A stretch of 13,982 bases of DNA from Archangium sp. (GTDB taxonomy: Bacteria > Myxococcota > Myxococcia > Myxococcales > Myxococcaceae): positions 1-13,982 of the forward strand of contig JANLPS010000545.1 in NCBI GenBank assembly GCA_031367385.1. Direction: 5' to 3'. A program made the translations under genes and the position numbers. The notes beneath the pieces were generated by a model. The model had not been told where the DNA came from. It saw only the letters and a list, made by a program, of their open reading frames with translations, and did not search any database. Positions 1 through 5,198 of the stretch are shown one piece after another (the stretch's first letter is position 1; each line of letters starts with the position of its first letter).

Positions 1-320
1 CCTTGTCGCAGGTGCTGATCAACCTGCTGATCAACGCCGCCCAGGCGATGGCCTCGACTGGCAAGATCGTGGTGACCGGGCGCACCGCGGGCTCGGTGGG
101 CACCCTGAGCGTTGAAGACGAAGGCCCGGGCATACCGCCCGAGGTGTTGACGCAGCTCTTCGAGCCGTTCTTCACCACCAAGCCACCGGGTGAGGGCACC
201 GGGTTGGGGCTCGCGGTCTCGAAGCACCTGTTGGCGCAGTTCGAAGGGCAGCTGAGCGCGCAGAACCGCCCGGCTCCAGCGAAGGGCGCGAAGTTCACCA
301 TCACCTTGCCCGCTCTGTAA
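1..320 (+). CDS. pilS2: Sensor histidine kinase, C-terminal HATPase_c domain only (5' truncated by window edge); PilS2-like
   Basis: Frame starting at 3 shows N box QVLINLLINAAQA, G1 DEGPGIP, F box LFEPFFTTK and G2 GTGLGL; stop TAA at 318-320. Lies directly upstream of an NtrC-type regulator and pilM. The name comes from synteny with M. xanthus. Confidence 0.85.
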   Translation, partial: LSQVLINLLINAAQAMASTGKIVVTGRTAGSVGTLSVEDEGPGIPPEVLTQLFEPFFTTKPPGEGTGLGLAVSKHLLAQFEGQLSAQNRPAPAKGAKFTITLPAL

Positions 321-357
321 CCAGACGGAAGCGACGAAGACGGAGTAGAACAGCACC

Positions 358-1794
358 GTGCCCGCGTTTCGATCCGTGTTGGTCGCCGATGACGAAGCTT
401 CGATTCGCCACGTCTTGACCATCATTCTCACCGAGCACGGGTACGAGGTGCGCGCGGTGGCCGACGGCGCCGAGGCGCTCAAAGAACTGCAGAGCCGGCC
501 CTATGACGTGGTGGTCAGCGATGTGCGCATGCCGAAGGTCGATGGGCTCTCGCTGCTCAAGCAGGCGATGGCGCAATGGCCCGATCTGACTTTTTTGGTG
601 ATGAGCGCGTACGGCTCGAAAGATCAGGCGCTCGAAGCGGTCGCGGCGGGGGCCTACGACTTCATTCAAAAGCCCTTCAAGCCCGAAGAGGTCGTCTTCG
701 TTCTGAAGAAGGCCGAAGAGCGGCTGCGCCTCGTCAAAGAGAACAAGCGGCTTCGCGGCACCAGCACCGACAACGCGCCGCTCGATCGCATGATCGGTGG
801 CAGCGAGCTGATGAACACGCTGAAAAAACAGCTCTCGCGGGTCGCGCCGGTGTCGACCACGGTGCTGATCTCTGGTGAGTCGGGTACCGGCAAAGAGCTC
901 GTCGCGCAGGCGGTGCACGAGCTCTCGCCCCGCTCGGCGATGCCGTTCATCACCGTCAACTGCGGCGCGATACCCGCTGGGCTGATCGAGTCGGAGCTGT
1001 TCGGTCATGCGCGTGGGGCGTTCACCGACGCTCGCACGGCCAAGCGCGGCCTGTTCTCTGAAGCCGACGGCGGCACCCTGTTTCTCGACGAAATCGGCGA
1101 GCTGCCGATGCCCGCGCAAGTGAAGCTGCTGCGGTTTCTGCAGGAGGGTGAGATTCGCCCGGTCGGCGACAACCGCTCGGAGAAGGTCGACGTGCGCATC
1201 GTCACCGCCACCTTGCGAGATCTGCCGCGGTTGATCGAGAAGGGTGAGTTTCGCGAAGATCTCTTCTTTCGCCTGCACGTCGTCAATTTGAAGGTGCCGG
1301 CCCTGCGAGAGCGGCGCGACGACATCATGCTGCTGGCGAAGACGTTCTTGGGGCGCTTCAACCGCTCGTTCAACCGCGACCCTCAGATCACCGAGTTCAC
1401 CCTCGAGGCCGAGGCCTTGCTGACCGCCTACGCCTGGCCTGGCAACGTGCGCGAGCTCGAGAACGCCATCGAGCGCGCCGTGCTGATGACCGACGCCACG
1501 TCGATTACGCCCGAGAGCCTGCCCGAGAAGATCTGGGCCGCCCGGGCGAGCCCGACGCCCGAGACGAAGGCCGTTGGCGCGTTGGCGTTGCCATCGCCCA
1601 GCACGATGCAGTTCTCGCTCAAGCGCGCCATTCACGACGTCGAAGAGCGCTTCATTCGCGCGGCCCTGCGCCAGACGCGAGGCAACCGCACCCGTGCCGC
1701 CGAGCTGCTCGAGCTGAGCCACCGCGCGCTGCTCTACAAGATCAAAGACTACGGCATCGACCCCGACGCCGAAGGTGAAAAGGGGCCGGTGTAG
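358..1794 (+). CDS. pilR2: Sigma54-dependent NtrC-family response regulator (REC-AAA+-Fis HTH), PilR2-like
   Basis: Receiver domain with VADDE, phospho-acceptor D55 (VVSDVRMP), SAYG and KPF; Walker A GESGTGKE; ESELFGH-GAFTDA; Walker B LFLDEIGE; FREDLFFRL; WPGNVRELEN; C-terminal GNRTRAAELLELSHRALLYKIK HTH. GTG start with GGAG at 342-345. Family is certain, the name is from synteny. Confidence 0.9.
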   Translation: MPAFRSVLVADDEASIRHVLTIILTEHGYEVRAVADGAEALKELQSRPYDVVVSDVRMPKVDGLSLLKQAMAQWPDLTFLVMSAYGSKDQALEAVAAGAYDFIQKPFKPEEVVFVLKKAEERLRLVKENKRLRGTSTDNAPLDRMIGGSELMNTLKKQLSRVAPVSTTVLISGESGTGKELVAQAVHELSPRSAMPFITVNCGAIPAGLIESELFGHARGAFTDARTAKRGLFSEADGGTLFLDEIGELPMPAQVKLLRFLQEGEIRPVGDNRSEKVDVRIVTATLRDLPRLIEKGEFREDLFFRLHVVNLKVPALRERRDDIMLLAKTFLGRFNRSFNRDPQITEFTLEAEALLTAYAWPGNVRELENAIERAVLMTDATSITPESLPEKIWAARASPTPETKAVGALALPSPSTMQFSLKRAIHDVEERFIRAALRQTRGNRTRAAELLELSHRALLYKIKDYGIDPDAEGEKGPV

Positions 1795-1878
1795 GTCGCG
1801 CCCCGAGGCTGAAAATCGCACTCCCTAGCGATTGGGGTACAGCAACGTCCTACACACTGGCAATCGCATACCTACATA

Positions 1879-1907
1879 TCTTTGATACATAATTAGGTGG
1901 TCAAAGA
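1879..1907. repeat. Perfect 7-bp inverted repeat TCTTTGA-N15-TCAAAGA
   Basis: TCTTTGA at 1879-1885 and TCAAAGA at 1901-1907 flank the CATAAT hexamer. Confidence 0.6.
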
Positions 1908-1914
1908 GTGATCA

Positions 1915-1951
1915 GGTGGTTTGACGGGCCCTCGAAAGCGATCAAACCTCC
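1915..1951. repeat. Inverted repeat GGTTTGA-N17-TCAAACC, extendable to 10 bp with one mismatch
   Basis: GGTTTGA at 1918-1924 pairs with TCAAACC at 1942-1948; outer GG 1915-1916 pairs with CC 1950-1951 past a T/T mismatch. Confidence 0.6.
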
Positions 1952-1960
1952 GACCCCTCA

Positions 1961-2182
1961 ATGAGCAAGTCAGAAGACGAGCTGAAGCAGCAAAATCGAG
2001 TGCAAACGCTCCGCGAAGAGCGCCTGATGTCGAAGGCCGAGCTCGCACGGCGCTCGGGGCTCTCAGTGCTCACCATCGATCGCGTCGAGAAGGGCGCGCC
2101 GTGTCGACTCGACACGAAACGCAAAATCATTCTCGCGCTGGGCCTCAAGGTTCAAGACAAAGATCAAGTCTTCACGGGCTGA
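1961..2182 (+). CDS. Small XRE/Cro-C1 family helix-turn-helix protein (73 aa)
   Basis: NRVQTLREERLMSKAELARRSGLSVLTIDRVEKG matches the HTH_3/XRE pattern (LRxxRxMSxxELAxxxGLSxxTIxRxExG). Codon usage resembles the neighbouring genes and it sits cleanly between pilR2 and pilM. Confidence 0.88.
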   Translation: MSKSEDELKQQNRVQTLREERLMSKAELARRSGLSVLTIDRVEKGAPCRLDTKRKIILALGLKVQDKDQVFTG

Positions 2183-2259
2183 AACGGCAGTTTTTTTCGC
2201 GTGCTCGCGGTCTGGCCCTAGGCTCGACCAAGCGAAGTTCGAAGCAAGGAGTGGGTTTC

Positions 2260-3342
2260 ATGGCAAAGGGCAAGCTGGCACTCGGGCTCGACATCGGTTC
2301 TTCCGGTGTGAAGCTCATTCAGCTCAAAGAGCAACGCCGCCGGGGTGAGGTCACCTACGCGCTGCAGAGCTTCGGCATGAAACCGTTGCCTCCCGAGGCG
2401 ATCGTCGACGGCGCGTTGATGAACTCGACCGCCATCGTGCAGGCCATTCAAGAGCTGTTGGGCGAGCTCAAGATCAAGACGAAAGAGGTCGCCATCGGCG
2501 TCAGCGGCCACTCGGTCATCATCAAGAAGATCTCGATGCCCCGCATGAGCCAAGAAGAGCTCGAAGAGGCCATTCAGTGGGAGGCCGAGCAGCACATACC
2601 CTTCGACATCAAAGACGTTCACATCGACACCCAGATTCTGCGCCCCGACGCGAACGACGCGACCGGCCAGATGGACGTGCTGCTCGTCGCCGCCAAGAAA
2701 GACATGATCAACGACTACACCTCGGTGGTCAGCGAGGCCGGGTTGATACCGGTGGTCGTCGACGTCGACGCCTTCGCGGTGCAGAACTGTTTCTCGTCGA
2801 ACTACGAAGTGCCCGCCGCCGAGACCATCGTGTTGATCAACGCCGGCGCCGCGGTGGTGAACATCAACATCGTCTCGCAGGGCGTCACCACTTTCACCCG
2901 CGACGTGACCATCGGCGGCAACCAGTTCACCGAAGAGATTCAGAAGCAGCTCAACGTCTCGTATGAAGAGGCCGAAGCGCTCAAGGTGGGCGGAGGTCGG
3001 TCTGACGCCGACGCTGTCGTACCTCAAGAGGTCGAAAAGGTGATGCAGCAGGTCGCCGAGCAGGTCGCTGGTGAAATTCAGCGCTCTCTCGACTTTTATG
3101 CGGGCACGGCAGCCGATTCGAACTTCTCGAAGGTCTATCTCTCAGGAGGTACCGCGAAGGTGCCGGCGCTGTTCAAGACCATCGAGACCCGAGTCGGCGT
3201 ACCCGTTGAAATCTTGAACCCCTTCAAGCGCATTGAAATCGACAACCGAAAATTCGACCCCGCCTTCATCATGGACGTCGCGCCTCAAGCTGCCGTCGCA
3301 GTGGGCCTCGCGCTCCGCAAACCCGGCGACAAGCACAACTGA
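2260..3342 (+). CDS. pilM: Type IV pilus assembly protein PilM (actin/FtsA-like)
   Basis: ATG at 2260 preceded by AGGAG (2247-2251). Motifs LGLDIGSSGVKL, WEAEQHIPF, VLLVAAKK, VVDVDAFA, IGGNQFT, EIQRSLDFY, LSGGTAK, NPF and AVAVGLALR. 360 aa; the ORF-track start at 1921 is too far upstream. Confidence 0.96.
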   Translation: MAKGKLALGLDIGSSGVKLIQLKEQRRRGEVTYALQSFGMKPLPPEAIVDGALMNSTAIVQAIQELLGELKIKTKEVAIGVSGHSVIIKKISMPRMSQEELEEAIQWEAEQHIPFDIKDVHIDTQILRPDANDATGQMDVLLVAAKKDMINDYTSVVSEAGLIPVVVDVDAFAVQNCFSSNYEVPAAETIVLINAGAAVVNINIVSQGVTTFTRDVTIGGNQFTEEIQKQLNVSYEEAEALKVGGGRSDADAVVPQEVEKVMQQVAEQVAGEIQRSLDFYAGTAADSNFSKVYLSGGTAKVPALFKTIETRVGVPVEILNPFKRIEIDNRKFDPAFIMDVAPQAAVAVGLALRKPGDKHN

Positions 3343-3361
3343 GTAAGGGAGGAACGAAATC

Positions 3362-4036
3362 ATGATGATCAAAATCAACCTCCTGCCTGTCAGACAGGCC
3401 GCCAAACGCGAATCGGGCCGCCAGTTCTTGGTCGGCGGCCTGATGTTCATGGTGATCGTCGGGGTCGCGAACTACTACTGGTACTGGCTACGAGACACCG
3501 AGCGCACCCGAAAAGCAGATCAGGTCGCCGAAACCAATCGCCGCATCTCCGAGCTCGACAAGGTGATCGGCGAGGTGAACAAGCTCAACGCCCGCAAAAA
3601 AGAGGTGCAAGAGAAGCTCGCGGTGCTCGAAAAGCTGCGCAAGCAGCGCGCGGGCCCGGTTCGACTGCTCGACGCGTTGTCGACCTGCATCCCCAAAAAG
3701 GTGTGGATTGACGATTTCTCCGAGTCAAACTCCGCGGTCAACCTGCGCGGCAACGGCGACAGCCACGACGACGTCTCGGAGTTCATCAAGGGCCTCACCA
3801 ACATCGTGTGGACGCCGAAGGGCATGGGCCGCATCGTCGAGCAGAAGCGTGACGCCACGTTCTCACGCGTCGAGCTGCTCACCGGTGAAGGCGCGATGGA
3901 GGACTTCCCCAACTCCGACCTCTCGCGCTTCTTCACCAACATCGAGCTCAAGGTCAGCGAGTCGGTCGCGGCGAGCGGCGGGCGCACCAAGCAGGTTCAC
4001 TTCGAGATCGGGTTGTTGGCGAACTACGCCATTTAG
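3362..4036 (+). CDS. pilN: Type IV pilus assembly protein PilN
   Basis: N-terminal IKINLLP PilM-binding motif, one TM helix, coiled coil, then a ferredoxin-like domain (IPKKVWI...LRGNG). RBS GGGAGG at 3347-3352; start could also be 3365. Confidence 0.95.
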   Translation: MMIKINLLPVRQAAKRESGRQFLVGGLMFMVIVGVANYYWYWLRDTERTRKADQVAETNRRISELDKVIGEVNKLNARKKEVQEKLAVLEKLRKQRAGPVRLLDALSTCIPKKVWIDDFSESNSAVNLRGNGDSHDDVSEFIKGLTNIVWTPKGMGRIVEQKRDATFSRVELLTGEGAMEDFPNSDLSRFFTNIELKVSESVAASGGRTKQVHFEIGLLANYAI

Positions 4037-4047
4037 AGAGTGACGCC

Positions 4048-4641
4048 ATGGAACAACTGATCGAACGCATCAACAAGCTGAATGTCGCCGCCAAAGCCGG
4101 CATCTTCGCGGCCATCGGCATTTTGGCGACGGCGGGCTGCTATTTTCTGGTGATTCAAGACGTCGAAGCCGAGATCGACGGCTTGGCCAATCAGCAGGTC
4201 TCGCTCGACAAGACCTACGCCGAGAAAAAAGAGATCGCCGACAACCTCAACGAGCGCCGCAGGGAGATGGACCAGCTCGATCAAAAGCTGCAAGACGCCC
4301 TGACCGAGCTGCCCGAGAAGAAAGACATCGACGAGCTACTGGCGAACTTGAACGACGTCGGCAAGAAGTCGGGCCTCGAGATCTCGCGCGTCGCGCCCGG
4401 TCAAGAATCGGCCGAGGCGTTCTTCGCTCGCATCCCCGTCTCGATGGTCGTCACGGGCAACTATCACGAGATCGCGATGTTTCTGCAGGAGGTCGCGAAC
4501 ATGCGCCGCATCGTGAATGTGAACAACATTCACCTCGGCGGGCCCTCACCCAGGGGCGACAAGATCATTCTGCGCTCTGAATTTCTGGCGACCACCTTCA
4601 GGTTCGTGAACCCGAACCAGGCCACCGCGAAACCCCAATAA
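4048..4641 (+). CDS. pilO: Type IV pilus assembly protein PilO
   Basis: N-terminal TM helix, coiled coil, LPEKKDIDELL, GKKSGL, FFARIPVSMVVTGNYHEIAMFL, MRRIVNV and ATTFRF; lies between pilN and pilP. Confidence 0.95.
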   Translation: MEQLIERINKLNVAAKAGIFAAIGILATAGCYFLVIQDVEAEIDGLANQQVSLDKTYAEKKEIADNLNERRREMDQLDQKLQDALTELPEKKDIDELLANLNDVGKKSGLEISRVAPGQESAEAFFARIPVSMVVTGNYHEIAMFLQEVANMRRIVNVNNIHLGGPSPRGDKIILRSEFLATTFRFVNPNQATAKPQ

Positions 4642-4644
4642 GCC

Positions 4645-5196
4645 ATGCACAAACTTCTTGGTCTGACAGCATTTTGTGGGTTGGTGGTCCTGGTGGGCTG
4701 CGGCGAAGAAGCGCCGCCCGCGCCCGTCGCCGCTCCGACGCCCAAGCGGGCGGCCCCGCAGGTGTACGACGCTGGCGTCGACGCCACGCCCTACCTCTAT
4801 TCGTACAACCCGATCGCCAAGCGCGACCCGTTTCGCGGCTTGAGCATCGACGACGTCGGCGCGGGGGCGAAAGAAGAGAAGGTCGACACCTGCGACGAGC
4901 CGCTTTGCCAGTTCGACATCGACGAGCTGACGCTGGTGGCGGTGGTCAGCGGTGATTCGAACCCGTTGGCGATGGTCGAAGACCGCAGCGGTACCGGCCA
5001 CCTGGTGCACCGCAACACCCGGTTGGGCAAGCAGGGGGGCAAGGTCACCTCGATCTTGCGCGACTGCATGGTGGTGACGTCATTCGTTCGGGGCGCCGAC
5101 GGCCGCGCTCAGCCGAACCGGCAGAACATGTGTGTGAAGAAGGAAGCGCGGCAGATGCCCGTGCTCGACCTCATGATTGGAAAGATGAGGGAGTAG
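4645..5196 (+). CDS. pilP: Type IV pilus assembly lipoprotein PilP
   Basis: Lipoprotein signal ending LVGC (Cys19), Pro/Ala-rich linker, YSYNPIAKRDPF, PLCQFDIDELTLVAVV, AMVED and RLGKQGGKV. Confidence 0.94.
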   Translation: MHKLLGLTAFCGLVVLVGCGEEAPPAPVAAPTPKRAAPQVYDAGVDATPYLYSYNPIAKRDPFRGLSIDDVGAGAKEEKVDTCDEPLCQFDIDELTLVAVVSGDSNPLAMVEDRSGTGHLVHRNTRLGKQGGKVTSILRDCMVVTSFVRGADGRAQPNRQNMCVKKEARQMPVLDLMIGKMRE

Positions 5197-5198
5197 CC

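Larger units (their letters stand above)
1795..1960 (+). promoter_or_regulatory. Promoter/operator region for the HTH-pilMNOPQ operon
   Basis: 166-bp intergenic region with an AT-rich core (~1861-1912). Contains a -10-like CATAAT (1888-1893), a -35-like TTGACG (1921-1926) followed 17 nt later by a weak AAACCT (1944-1949), and several inverted and direct repeats. Confidence 0.55.

Noticed and set aside
301..1821. 506-aa minus-strand ORF
   Set aside because: Antisense shadow of pilR2; long stop-free reverse frames are common in GC-rich genes and it has no recognisable motif.
1858..1872. Sigma54 promoter at TGGCAATCGCATACC
   Set aside because: The GG at -24 is present but the -12 position reads CC rather than GC.
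1795..1960. GEMM-I (c-di-GMP/cGAMP) riboswitch ahead of the HTH-pilM operon, as I recall exists in Geobacter
   Set aside because: A GAAA-containing hairpin is present, but I could not find the GEMM-I pattern (AAACC...GNRA...GGGACG(C/G)AAAGC plus tetraloop receptor) in the right order. An Infernal search with RF01051 would settle it.
2213..2227. Sigma54 promoter at TGGCCCTAGGCTCGA before pilM
   Set aside because: The -12 position reads GA rather than GC and the TTGC box is poorly matched.
1921..2259. 113-aa N-terminal extension of PilM, or an HTH-PilM frameshift fusion
   Set aside because: The extension overlaps the HTH gene in another frame and is Arg/Ser-rich with no recognisable motif. 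ATG 2260 has a good SD and PilM homology starts there. The only slippery T run lies after the HTH stop.
5130..5198. PilQ start at 5130 as given in the ORF track
   Set aside because: Overlaps pilP by 67 nt and pushes the signal peptide too far from the N-terminus; downstream ATGs have better RBS context.
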